Origin: Fimicolochytrium jonesii | Taxonomy: Eukaryota | Length of the DNA: 64,000 nucleotides | Reading direction: 5' to 3' | Assembly: GCF_025526975.1 (NCBI RefSeq) | Contig: NW_026515674.1 | Coordinates: 930,001-994,000, forward strand | Shown here: in pieces, positions 48,166-61,147 of the stretch | Layout: the number at the start of each line of letters is the position of its first letter | Position numbering within the stretch: position 1 is the stretch's first letter | Notes under the pieces: model-generated | The model's database searches: none | What the model was told of the DNA's origin: nothing | Seen by the model: the letters and a program-made list of their open reading frames with translations, nothing else | Made by a program: the position numbers and the translations under genes

Positions 48166-50596
48166 ATGGGAACCGCCGTCGAATCCAACGCTCCAGTCTC
48201 GCTGTTTAACGGCGACGCCGATAACGACGAGCCGCGTCAGTTGTCAAAGTCCGTACGAGGAAGCCAGGCCCTCGTCAACATCAGCGATGCGGATCGAAGA
48301 AACAAGTTCCTCAGTGAGGCTGTAAGTAATCAAAATATACCATGTCGCTTGATTTTCTACCACATCTATCCGCGGTGGTGACAATTGACTCGTTTGCATC
48401 ATACTAGGTGTTGCGCGATCGTAATGTGAAGGAACAGAAGCTGCTCGCTCAGAGGCGCTTAGTTCACTTCCAAGAGGAAGAAAGTAAGTTTAGAGAACTG
48501 AGTCTTTATTACATCTTTATTCGCTACGCTACAAGTATCCTGATTCCCCACTTTTCTTCACCCTTGCATAGCCAACATCTTCGAGGCCAACCTCAAAGAA
48601 GCTCGGCAACTCTACGAATCCCAGCTCGTCGAGCAGCGCCTCGTAGAATGGCGTCAGCGGTCTTCCGCCGACGACATGCTGAAGGATGAAGAGCGCAAAA
48701 GCGACCTCGTCAAACTGGTTGTCAAGATGGGCGCCCTCAAAATCAAGCTCAACTTGCAAGACGAAGCTCGTGGGCGCGAGATTGCTTTCCGCGAGAAGGT
48801 GAAGCTCAAGCGGGATGCTCACTCGCTTCGCGTGAAGAAGATGGAGGAAAGACAGAAAAAGGAGCGTGAAGAGCTTCTTACTACGCAGGGTCGTATTGCC
48901 AGGGTAAGTTGAATCAGCAACGTTGTCGTTGGAGCCTTAGCCTGTTTGTTTTCTGTACTGACACTCGCTGTACGAATAGAATGCAAAACTGGTCCAAGCT
49001 CTCGAAGTCCGCGGTATGGACGAGATGCAAAAGCGCAAGTATCTCCGCGAGTACGAGATCCAATCGCAGCAGCTTGCGATGAAGCAACAGAAGGAGGCAG
49101 AACAACTTCGTGAAATCCAGCTGCTGAAGATCCGGCACATCTCAGAGGTCGTGCAGATGGAGATGGAGAATATGACAGAAATCGAGGATTTGCACGCGGA
49201 CCAACGCTTACGGGAGCAAGAGCTCGAAGCCGAAAATCGCACTCTGCTACAAGCGGAAGAGGACAAGCTTGACCGCCAGCAGGCCAAGCTCAAGGCGCTG
49301 CAGCTCAAGGAAGAACAGAAGATCCAGCGCAATGTCCTGAAACAGACGCAGCGCAAGCAGAGCAAGCTGCTCGACAGGCAACAGCGCTCCGGCGTGAAGA
49401 TGCGTGAAAAGTTGATGATGAGCGAGAACGCTGGTCTCCTTAGCGGCTCAGATAACGGAGGCGATGGAAGCGACATCGACCCGTCCGAGACGGTCGACAC
49501 ATCCTCTTACGGCGGTACCTCCGTCGCTTCGCGTTCGGATTACGGCGGTGAGGAGAACGAAGAGGTAGACCCTGCCACTCGCGCCACCACCGAATCTAAC
49601 GCCGCGACGGATGCTGAACTGCGACGCAAGCGTACCGCAACCAACGATGCCGAAAAGGAGCTTCAAGAGGCTCTCGCCAAAGGAAGGGAGCGCGTGAGGC
49701 AAATGTTCTTGCACCAGAAGAAGATGGTGGACGAGCTCAAAACCTATCACAAAGAAGTCCGCGACCAGAAGGCGCGTGAGCACAAACGAAAGATGGCCGA
49801 GTTGAACAAGGACCAGGAGGACGAGCTCCGTCAAGTCAAGACTGAGCAGGCACAGGAGATGGAAGAGCTGCTAGAGACCATCGGCCACCAGGACCTGATC
49901 GCCGCCCAGCAGTCGTCGTTCGACAAGCAGATGGACACACTCGTCTCCAACCAGCTCCTGGGTAACATGCTTCCCAAACATGTGGCCGAAGAGTTGAAAG
50001 CGGGCCGTACACCTGAGCCCGCCTCCTTCGAGAACGTTGCACTTTTCTTCACGGACATTTACGGGTTCAAAGAACTCGCTACGAAATCCTCCCCTCGACA
50101 GATCGTCGCGCTCCTCAACCGCATGTACATCGCCTTCGACGAAGTCATTGGCAAGTACCCCGATCTCTACAAAGTGGAGACTGTCATGGACAGCTTCATG
50201 GTGTGCTCCGGCCTGTCCGGAAACACCAAAAAGAGTAGGGAGGACTGCATCCACGACGCCGAGGTGGCTGTGAACTGCGCGTTGGAGCTCCTCGCAGCGG
50301 TGCAGCACATCGACATGTCCGACCAGCTCGTCGACAAGGTCAACCTGCGCATCGGCATCCAGTGCGGACCGGTGCTTGCCGGTGTCATTGGAACCAAGAT
50401 GCCGCATTACTGCCTCTTCGGAGACACGGTGAACGTCGCGTCCCGCATGTGCTCGACCAACGAACCGCTGAAACTGCAGGTTTCCGCTGCAATGGCAGGT
50501 TACCTTGAAGGAAAATACCAGATTGAAGATCGGGGGACAATCCACGTGAAAGGAAAGGGGGAGATGAAGACATTTTGGGTCAGCGGAAATGCATGA
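48166..50596 (+). CDS. Soluble class III nucleotidyl cyclase of guanylyl type with a long coiled-coil N-terminus; multi-exon
   Basis: LLGNMLPKHVA, FTDIYGF, YKVETVMD, RIGIQCGPV and YCLFGDTVNVASRM. The Glu/Cys specificity pair indicates GTP. No TM segments seen. Confidence 0.88.
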
Positions 50597-51217
50597 GGGA
50601 GCTAGCCACCATGACAATTCCAACTGTTTCCGCATGTCATTCAGCCAGATCATTTTATTCTTGTAATGTACCTGAAAATCAGAAGTTCATATTCAAACTT
50701 CCCTACAGACCACAGATGTTTCCTTCGAAGGTCTCATCGGATTCCAGGCTCAAATTATGAGCTGCACGCCGTCATACGATGTCAAACATGTTTTTCGCAG
50801 TGATCCTGGTATCGCACTCAGAACGATGAAAAAAAGGACCGTGACCTCGTCATAATGCCGTACTCCCCCGTCAGAACAGGTTATCTAATATACAAATCCG
50901 GTGGGCTCATTGATGCCACGAGCGTCCCGCAAGGACGTTAAAATGTTAGGGCGTGGAAGTGCGCTGCGTTTGTTGCTGTCTGGTTTCACCCTTGACCAAT
51001 GCCGTAAACAAATCGTCAGCGCGTTTCCGCTCGTCATTCCATGTTGATACGATTTCAAGGAACATCGATCGACTTACAACGACAGAAGTCGATCGCACGG
51101 TAGACATCGGCTGGAGCTGACCAATCGCTTCTTAGGTTGTACGTCTGTTCCAGCCGGCCCTCATCTGGCTTGAGGTCTCATTGTCTACCATCAAATCCTT
51201 TCCTGCCACAGTTCGAA

Positions 51218-51703
51218 ATGCACCCTTCAGAGTTGCATCACGGACATTTTCGCGATAAGAAGGCCGCGTCGATCTCACCATCTCGCCTTCTCATTTTGCT
51301 ACTCACCCTCTCCGCCTGCATTTCCGTCTCCGCCGTCGCAGGCGCCCCGTTCCCGTCAGCCACCACCTCCAGTGAGACGGCAGTGATATCGTCAACGATC
51401 ATGACAACACCGCAGCCGACGCCAACACCGCAACCTAGCGGTAGCAACAAATGTCCAAGCCCACAAGACCAGCAGCAACAGCAGCAGCCGCGGCCGAAGA
51501 CCCCACCCAACCCGCACCTCGCGTCCTGGCCGAGCGGCGAGCATACGGGGACGTTGCGCGACGTGCGCACACTGTTGCCGCCTGTTGTTGGTGGGACGCT
51601 AGGGTTTGGTGGAGACAAGTCAACCACCAGCACGACGGTCACGACGAAAACAACCCTGAAAACAACCCCCGATGCGAAGCCAACTCCGACATGTGAGCCT
51701 TGA
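51218..51703 (+). CDS. Possible small secreted Thr/Pro-rich protein
   Basis: Hydrophobic LLILLLTLSACISVSAVAG followed by T/P/Q-rich low-complexity sequence. No recognisable domain. Confidence 0.4.
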   Translation: MHPSELHHGHFRDKKAASISPSRLLILLLTLSACISVSAVAGAPFPSATTSSETAVISSTIMTTPQPTPTPQPSGSNKCPSPQDQQQQQQPRPKTPPNPHLASWPSGEHTGTLRDVRTLLPPVVGGTLGFGGDKSTTSTTVTTKTTLKTTPDAKPTPTCEP

Positions 51704-52031
51704 GCGACTCTGATGACAGGCTAGCGTTTGCAGTTTCCATAGTGTGGGGCAGAGAACTATTCATTCGATCATCACGCCATGCAATTGCGGACCAGAGTGA
51801 GGACGAATCTTGTCTATTGTCTGTCTATAACGTTTTTATGAGAAAATACAAAAAAAGGGATAGTAGAACGCAATGCAAAATGACGTGGGGTAAGAGGGTA
51901 AGAGATAATACGACCAGGGATATATACGCCAGTAGAGTAAGAACGAGAAGCTGTGATGACTACGCAATGATGGTGATAGACGAGACCAAAACACGCCGCG
52001 GACCAAGTGTCGGAACTAACCCAAGAAAAGT

Positions 52032-53950
52032 CTAGCGAACGACCTGGATCATGGTCGCCACAGAGGGAGTCTGATTGGCGCCGATGGCAAACAGGTAGTA
52101 GTATCCCGCAACGATGAACGGCTGGTCAGCATCCCACGGCGCAACACGGTCACCGGCGGCGGAGCGGGCGAGCGTCTTAAGGGGAACACGGAGCTGGTCA
52201 TTGGCAACGGAGTGGGTGGCGGAGGAGATGCGGATCAACTCGTAACTGCAACCGGCTCCGCCGCAGTTGGTTGAGGCGACGGTCATGTCCGTGCCGAGTT
52301 TGAAGACTTTGCCGTACGTGGCTGCGGCGCCGGTGACGGAGGTGATAGTGGGGCGCGCTTGACCTTGGGAGAGGTAGGGGGGAGTGAATACTTCGGCGTC
52401 AAAGTGGACGTTGGCGGTGCATGGGGCGACACCGGGCTTTGTGCAGGTCTGTATATGGGATGAGAAGATATGAGCTTTGGATTTCACGGGATAACCACGC
52501 ATGAGAGGAGCAACAGTGTGACTTACGTTGGGGTATGCACCTCCACCGCCAACGAAGACGGTACCGTACTTCGTCAACAGTGCAAGACTGTGATAGTTGC
52601 GTGCAATCTTCATGGGCGCCAATCTCTGGTACGTTCCCGCCGCGGGGTCGTACAACTCCGGCTCCAGCACGCCGGTCTGATCCTTGAACAGATACAAGTT
52701 GGTCTGCCCACCGACAATGAAGATCTTTCCACCAGGGAGGACGATATGGTGACCTAAAGCACGAGGGTTGTTCATTGGCGCCGCAGCTTTCACGATGGGT
52801 AAGCCGCCAGTAGCCAGTGCCGTGATTTTGATGGTATAGGCGGCGGTGCTGGTAGCAAGGCCTACATTACTGTTGAGGTCACCATAAGCAGTAGCACCCC
52901 CGGACTTGTAGATGCGGCCAGGCGAGTATTGCACGGCGTTTCCGTTCATGGCGTATGCATCGTTACCGCGGTTTCCGACAGCGACCATGGTGTTCTTAGA
53001 CGTGTTGATGACGTGCATCTTGGCGATGGGGCCGGCGTGGAAGACCATGGCGTCGCCGGCGGTGTTGGCGTAGGGGAACAACCATGCGTGGTTGTCTGAG
53101 CGGTACAAGCCTTGTACGTCTGGGTTTGTGCTGCCGCCCTCGAGACCACCGATCACGTTGCCGATTGCGGCAGGGACCATCGTCCAGCCACCTTTGCCAT
53201 TCTGCGAGAAGAGACGCGTTAGAATCTGGTGTCCAACAGCTTCCCTGCAGCATTTTTTCCCAACTCACATTTGCTCCGGGGGTGAACAACTCTCCGTCCC
53301 TTCCACCGAGGCCAAACTTGCCGTACCGCTGCTCAAACGAACCACCGACGGTGAAGACCTGGTTGCTCGTGGTGACGACGTTGGCCTGGTACCCACGCGG
53401 GATTTCCATCATGGTTGTGTCACGGAAGAGCTTCGTGGTTGGGTTGAAGATGACACTTGCGATCGGGCCCGTTCCACCGTTGATGAGGATCTCGCCGTTG
53501 GGGAGATTGCTGGTCCCGGGGCAGAACACTATGGGAGGAGAATTACACATTAGATTAAAATCGGAAGGCAAAACTCGCAGGCGAACGCAAACGCACTCTC
53601 GGTCGTGACCATCTTCTGCAGCGCAATAGGCTTCTGGGCCAAGAAGTCGTCAACGCTGAAGACCGAGTAGTAGGTGCGGTTGCCTTGCGGGTCCCACATG
53701 TTGGACAACCAACCACCGGGGGAGTTGCCAGACCACATCAGGAGCTCGCCCGTGGGTGTGTTGGCGCCAGAGATGGGACTGAGTGGAAGCGGCAGGACTG
53801 CGGACCACACTCCATCGGCCTGTAGGTGGAGGATGTGAGCGGACTGTGATGTGATGTAGAGGATGTCATCTGCGGAGGGTCACTTACGGGAGCGGCCACG
53901 GCTAGGCTGGCGAACCCAGCGGACGCAAGGAGCAAGCACGTCGCCTTCAT
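52032..53950 (-). CDS. Secreted copper radical oxidase (AA5_2, galactose/alcohol oxidase family); multi-exon
   Basis: Signal peptide, FCPG (Cys of the Cys-Tyr cofactor), RGYQ (Tyr), YRSDNHAWLF, RNYHS (Tyr/His Cu ligands) and ATHS (His). No N-terminal CBM32 seen. Confidence 0.9.
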
Positions 53951-54240
53951 GTTGGGAAGAGGTATTGAGGGACGCGGGATGTGGAGAAGGGATGAGCGGA
54001 GAGGAGTGGAAGGAAACGAGGGTTGTGCGTGCCCATCGTCCAGCTTTTATAGGGAGCCAGTCAACCTTGCGAACGCAGCTGGCTGATCAGTATCTGTGCG
54101 CGAGGAAGAAACAGAGCTAGAGGCAAGCCATTCCTCCCGTGCAAGCCTAGAATAGATTGCGTTTGCAGATCACAGCGGTAGGCTCGAGCCTAGTGCAAGC
54201 CAGGGCTGGGAGGCAGGGCACAAATTTCTCGCAGCGCAGC

Positions 54241-54598
54241 GTCGGTCCCCAAAAACGAATTGCAGCAATGCTGATCATGAGCTGGGACAATGTGAGGTTG
54301 GGGGACGCAGGTCCAGTGAGAACTTAGCGATTGTGTTAGTTGTTTGGGGTTCGATGTTCAGCTGTGTGCGGTTGACGGCGGATCGACGTCCGGCGCTGGA
54401 TTGAAACCCCGCTCTCATTTGGGTCGGTCACCAAAAACGAATTGCAGCAATGCTGATCATGAGCGGGGACAATGTGAAGTTGGGAGACGTAGGTCGAGTG
54501 AAAAATTTGAGATTATGTTAGTTGTTTGGGACTCGATGTTGAGCTGTTTGCGGTTGACGGCGGATCGACGCTGGATTGAAACCCCGCTCTCATTTGGT
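54241..54598. repeat. Tandem duplication of two ~180-bp imperfect copies (54241-54422, 54423-54598)
   Basis: Both copies begin gtcggtc.ccaaaaacgaattgcagcaatgctgatcatgagc and end ggattgaaaccccgctctcatttgg. Confidence 0.92.
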
Positions 54599-55974
54599 GT
54601 CCATCCCTATTTGAGGGACGATTGGGAACGCTGAGGTCCGTTACCAGATCAAGCTGTATGTCGCTCCTACTATTCCCGGCACTTCATTGTCCGCCAGCAT
54701 ATCGGCTGCTTGAGCTGGTTGCAAGCGTGTTTGAGGTAAAAGTTGCAGCTCCAGGACCCGCGAAGTCGGTTATCCACGGGTAGGCCCCAAGCACGACATG
54801 ACCATCGAAAGCTTTTCCTCCCCAATCCTTCACGAACTTTGAAGCAAAGCTGGCATTGCGCTTCATTCATGCGCGCACAAGCGACCATCATAGTCTGCAT
54901 AGCAATATGCCTAATCTGAAAACTCGTCCTCCGCAAATCATCCCATTCAGGCCAACTCGAGCCTCGTTCGAAGTTGTCCCGCAAGCCAGCCCCGGTTGTG
55001 TCCCATCGGAGTTACCCACCGAGAAAGATTGACAGCAACGCGCAACCCGTCAATCACCCCCAACAGAATTTCCATCCACAACAAAAAATATTCCTGCTCA
55101 GCGAGGCTTGAGTCGCAGATTTTTCGAGTGGCGAGGTTAGGCTGTGGGCTTGCGGCTTTTGGGGCCGGATGAGCCGAAAATCTTTCCGATCCAGCATCGG
55201 GATTGTTTTCTCGTCGCCATCAGTTGGCAAGATTGTAAGAAGTTGGAAGGGTGAAAAACGTCAGCGTGACCGCTTGGACTTGTTGGCAGGTTTTTCTGGA
55301 AGCTGAGAACATTTTCATTGAATCCCGGTCGGACGTCCGGTCGTTGCCAAGTTGTTGCCATTCGAAGTTCAACATGTGAGAACTCAGTGAAGACTCTGAA
55401 GAGTCTGTTTTCAGACCGACTTTTGAAAGCGCCCTGGATGCGACATAGACCATGTTCGGGCCACGTATCAGCGTGTGGGTTGCATTTTTTCCTGTCCATT
55501 CCATGTGTTTGTGGTGATTTTGTTGGCAGACACATGCCGACGGCGTCCCATGTGTCGACGGGCATGTCTCAACTTCAAATTTCAAGCCATCAAATGCTGA
55601 CACTCTGCCCCGTGCTGTGCGAAGTTACATGATCTCCGGGAACTCGGCTCAACTGCCTACTCCGACGGACCGCTGCCAGTCCACTCCCAATCCTTGCATG
55701 GAGGCACGGAATCAAACAAACGAGCAAAGAGGCATCTCAACTTGGAAGCGCAATAAGCAAAATCCATGATGATATCGGAGGCTGCTCATAATATACTGGA
55801 CGATGTTTTCACACCGACATAAGATATGCACCGGGAATTTACCATATGGATTGAACTCTCTCGACTCTCACCCAACTCATACTCCCACGCAAATTCCAAA
55901 AAAAAAAAAGATCGAAGTGGAAAGGCCCAAGCTCAACTTGCCCTCTCCCCACCCAACCCCCTCTCCTCCCGACA

Positions 55975-57266
55975 TCAAAAGAATGTCCTCAGGTCCAACT
56001 TATTCGGCTGCAACGGCGCAAATGCGCTCACAGACGGCGATTGCGGGATCCCGCTCCCGGATCGATGTACGGCTGTTTGTAACGGCAATGGTTTCTTTTC
56101 CGCTATTGCTGTTGCGCATTCTACATGAACATCACAACGTATGAGCGCGGTGGGATTGTAATATCATTTGCACCTTCTCTTACCTTGCAAATGATCCCGC
56201 GTCTCAACACTATAAGCCCAATCAAACGGCGTCCATCCTCTTTGATTCTTCACGTTGTAGAACGCCCCGCGGGACATCAATAATGTAATCGTGTCAAAGT
56301 AGCCCCATGAGGCGGCGCTGCGAGAAATCCCGGAGATGTTTGAGTGGGGAGGACGTGAGAGACGGAGGATCGGTGGAGATGGGAGGGGGAACACAGAGGC
56401 CCTGAGACTCACTGATGAAGCGGCGTAGACCCCGTACTGTCGGTCGAGTTAACGTTAGCGCCCATATCCAAGAGTGTCTACTAGCGAGGAAGTCCGGGTG
56501 AGATCCCGCAAACCCAAGCCTCGTAACTGTCAACTACGCCTATATTCTTCCCCCACCTCAATGATCCCGTTCATCCCGCGCTCGGTAGCGATGATCAGGG
56601 CAGTTTTGCCGTCGTCGTTAGTCATGTTGATCGTTTGAGGGTATAGGTCTATGTAGTCCATGAAGGCCTGTGAGGAGAAGAGTAAGGAGGGTGTGAGGAT
56701 ACACCGAATCTCATGAGACGACGTACTATTTCTCACGCACCTGCTCATTCTTATAGTTCGCTGCGACCATCAACGCCGTATTGTTCGCAAAGTCCTATAA
56801 GGACCGAAAGCTGACCTTCAGGACGAAATACCAACGCAAACCAACCCGCCTCCGTTGGAAGATCCCTCTATGCGCGCAGGAACCTAAGCTCCACTCATCT
56901 TGCCAGCGGTCGTTACTTTCCAGCGCTCTTTATCGCTCGCCACCTGTCCCGCTCGGTCGGGAAGATGACACTGACGTGTTCGCGCAAGATGGCCGTCATC
57001 CCCACCCTCTCCCAACCATCCCCCACCCTCCCCAACCACCACCCGCTCACCTTACTAATCTCCCCCCCATCATGCCCACATTCCAACAGCCACCCGACAA
57101 CCTCATTCTGGCACCATCGCATCGCATAAAACAAAATCGGCCATCCGTTCGTCGGGTCGGGGCATTGTAATGGGACCCCCTTGCGCGAAATGAACCGCTT
57201 GACTTGGAAGAGGTTCCCTTCTGCGACGGCGCCGCGGAGGAGGTGGTGGTAGATCTCGTCGGGCAT
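55975..57266 (-). CDS. Ankyrin-repeat protein, similar to TORC2 subunit Avo2; 6 exons
   Basis: PDPTNGWPILFYA, GH..EISK|DFANNTALMVAA, GKTALIIA, GSTPLH|HAASWG and GWTPFDWA ankyrin motifs across GT-AG introns. Confidence 0.8.
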
Positions 57267-57614
57267 GGGTGGGTCTTGCTCGGCTGTGTCTGGGAGCGTG
57301 ATGTCGTGGGAAAGAGCGGGTGGGAAAAGCCTCGTCTCGTCAACCCCACGCGTGATTCTCCTGACATTAAGAGCCTTCTGTAACAGTTAGCCGGATCTCA
57401 CTGCGCTCGCAAACGCTGGCGTTCGAAACTTGGGCGGTATTCACATTTACATACATACATACATACAAGGCTGCGTTTCTCTTTCCATGCATAGAGGCGG
57501 GAGAGAGGGAGGAGTATCATAGCGAATTGCGCATATCGGGTGTTCCTTTGTGCGTACCCCGCATGCGTGCTGACTGCCTAACTGCTATCTACTTCTACTC
57601 CATCTACATCTCAT

Positions 57615-59979
57615 CTACATCAAACCCCCCAAAACCTCCCTCGCCCACCTCTCCACTTCCACAACCGTCCCTTCCATCTCCCTCTGCCCTCCCCCATCCA
57701 CAACCTCCACATCCCACCGCCGTCTCAACTCCCTCCAATATGCCACGGTCCCATTCGCCTGACTATGAACTGAATGCTCGATTTTCCGCAGGAGTTGTGG
57801 GATCGAGATCGTCAGAAGGTGGTCGATGAAGGGTGGTGTTCCGTTGATTGTGGGTGGGGAGGTGAAGTGGTCGGTAAGGTGGGCGAGGAGGCTGAGAAGG
57901 CGGGTGAGGTCATTGCGGAGGTCGTTCGTTGAGGATTCGTAGTCGGGCGGTGGAGTTTGCGCCGGGGAGCTGGTCGGCGTGTTGAGTGGGGAGGAAGATT
58001 GGGATTGGGATGAGGAGGGTGAACCGCGGCGGACGTCGATGCCGCGGCGCGGGGAGGTTTCGTCCAGGGTGAGGGAGTGGAGGCGGGTGGTTATGGGAAT
58101 GACCTGTGGGCGGCTGCGGCGGTCGGGTTGGTCCGCGTTGTGGTCGGGGTGGCGGTGGTGGGTGCCCACGGGTGCACTTTGATGAACCAACTCCGGCTGC
58201 AGCGTCGAGTCCCTTGGGAGTAGCCGAGCCGCTGTCAAAGTTTTGGACGTCTTCACAAACATCCTGTGGTCAACAGCCGCCTCTTTCGTCGCCTCATCCG
58301 CCGCGGGCGCCAGCGCCAGCGGCGTCACCCTCGGCCACTCCTTCGAATCCATTGTCACTGTGGCCTCCACCATCATCTGCGTCGCCGCCTGATCCTGCGC
58401 CAAAATTTTATCCACATTCGCGTCCCACAGCCTGAGCCGTTGGGCGAGCGTGGCCCCAATGTGGTCCTCAATGCAGGACTGCTGGAGGAGGAAGTTCCAT
58501 CGCTGAAATTCGAGGGCGGTTGGGGCGCAGATGATGTAGGTGTCTTGGGTTGTGCGAAGTTGTAGGATGCGGGAAAGGCGGGCGTCTGGGTCGGCTGCCG
58601 GTTGCCGCACGACCGGTTTCACTTGTCTTATCGAGGATATTGGGATGATCATCTGCCAACCCAATAATTGTCAGTAATCCCATTCAACCTACTACTTCTA
58701 ATTTGGGTAGCAAACGCACCTTTGGTATATACACCTTCCCCGGCTCATAAGAAGTAAGCAGCGCAAACGCCCGCTTCATCATCCCCGCATCTTTCCGATA
58801 CTGTCCGTCAACCGCGTCCACAAACGCATCAAACACCAGCGGAAACTTGCTCCTGACCTGCCACAGGTTCGTGCTCCGGGGCAGCATGACATACTGCGCC
58901 GACATACAGATCAACAGCACGCCGTCGGTGCGAAATAGGCGTTTCTGGAACTCCTCGTCGCGGTTCAGTAACAGCAGTGGGCCGGTGAAGATCGTCATGG
59001 GCGGCAGCACTGGTCGTCCGACGAGGGATGCTTTGGGTATCGCTGGTGAATCGGGTGGGGTTATCATTGTCGTTGTCATGCCCACTGCCGCTGGCTCGGG
59101 GCTGTACTGGTGCTCGGAAGATTCCGTGTTGTTGCTTCCGACGTACTCTTCGCTTCGGACCGAGCCGGCAGAGTCCCTGGTGTCGAAGATGCGGGAGGAT
59201 ATGGATTCGAGATCTTGCTCGCCCCAGTACCGTTGTTTTGATGTTGGAGTGGGATGCGCAAGGGCTGTGTCCGACCCTGACTGGACGGAAACTCTGTACA
59301 GTGGTTTATGCACGACTTTGAATTCTCGTTGATAACTGTCAAGCGGCGCATTTTCCCCGGTCTGCGCTTGAGGTTGCGATTTCCCAATGCTAGGCAGCTC
59401 GCTTTGAGGAGGCAAATGCAGATCTGAAGGCTCTGCCTCATATAACATGGTGCTGCGGCTACGTCCCACCAGGGGATACGCCGCCGCTCTACCCCCCGCC
59501 AGCAACCGCTCATCCCGCTCGCCCGCGAGCTTAGGATGCATGGCACGTCCAGCCCTCGCCGCCGCAAAGTCCTGCGACTCAGGCTGCGACGGCCTCCCTT
59601 CCCTCTCTTTCCTCTGCCTCGACGTCCCCCGTCGCGGAGGAGGAGGGAGAGACCCCAGTATGGCGGGCCGTGTCTCTTCGGATATCGGGCTCCCCGCCAA
59701 TATTCGGGAAGCGCTGACAACAGGCGGCTCACTCCATTGTCGCTGCTGGTTGTGGTGGTGCCGGGGCTCTGCTTCGGGTGTACTGGTGGTGGTAGTGGTC
59801 GGGGGAACTACGACCTGCTTTCGCGGCGAGGCGGGCGACAGTGGCCCGAGTGCGCTCAAGCGAGCGGCGGCATTGACGTGGGACACGCGGGGCAGAGGTG
59901 GGAGGGCGGCCTCATTCCGGGGTATTGATATTGCGGAGCGACTGGGCCGTTGGAACGTTGCGGAGTTGGGCTCGGCCAT
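57615..59979 (-). CDS. Hypothetical protein with a PH-like domain; intron 58653-58719
   Basis: Two long ORFs joined in frame (YIPK|MIIPISSIRQV...LQLRT...YIICAPTALEFQRW) give a PH-like C-terminal strand/helix pattern. Confidence 0.65.
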
Positions 59980-61147
59980 GAGTATCTATCGCTTGGGTAT
60001 GCCGGTTATAGACTCCTGGGATATGCGTATGATGAGGTGTGAGATCGACAATCCATTGCTTGCCGACCTTCGATTCTGAAAACGCTCGCTCTGGATGAGA
60101 CGGCCTGCAACTTGCATATACCCAGCCGAGCTTGGACATGAAAAAGGTTCCGCCCATGATGAAATTGAACAACGATATCGTGGGGTACCTCAGCCGTCTT
60201 GTGTATCATGACATATCGCCGCTCCAGGTTGCCACGGCTATTTCATTCCGCTTGCAGCAACTTGAACTTGGCCACGGGACCCCATCGTCGTACGCACACG
60301 GACCAGTACTACGGACACCTTTACGAGTTACAACCATGGGCTCCAACCCATGAGAACTCGGACTCTGTGATTTTCCGAGCTGTCGAAGTTCCCAAATCTC
60401 ATCACGGAGACGACTCCAAATGCTGGGGAATCCCTCATGGGAAAGATCTGGCGATAAAACCTTCAGACGCCGCTTTACCGGAACTACTGTATATGTACAT
60501 ACATACATACTTCTCGCCATCTACCACGCTGCCAGAATGCTGGTAGGAGCCACCGACACGATTTCGTGCGTGCGGGGACGCCCACCATTCTCAGCACGAT
60601 CCTACACGTTACGTACAGGTCTTCCAAGAAGGAACTCCGCCCAAGGGTATGTATGACCTTGCCCATATCGATGACTGACAGCTCCAGCGCACATAACACA
60701 TAACGCGCATGGCGAAAGTCACTTGGTGGTTGCCCGCAGCCTGACGATCTTTTTGGAAAACCGAAATTGCGTGATCCGCGCGCTACCGGGGTGATACTGA
60801 AGCCTCTGCGTACGACTAGGTCTGTATATTCAACCACAAGGAAAACGCCCCGTTGGCTATTTGTGCGAGTCGGACCACCTCGCATGCGCCATTTTTCGAC
60901 CTACGTTAACTCTTTCTCGTGTGCCATCCCACGAAGTTAACGCACGCCGTTGTTCTCCGACGGCCTCGGCACGAAACCACTGCAACACTGAGAATGCCCT
61001 TCCGCATGCCGGCGTGTAAGCCGATGAAGAGGTTTGATGGCGGGCGGCGCTTCAAGGATCGACGAGCAGGTATAAAGGGGGAGGAAAGGGAAGCCAAGGA
61101 AGATCCTCAATCCCAGTCCGGCATTTTCCTTCGACTTTTCGAACGCC

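Noticed and set aside
54241..54598. CRISPR array or LTR pair
   Set aside because: Only two adjacent long units, with no spacers, internal domain or TG...CA termini.
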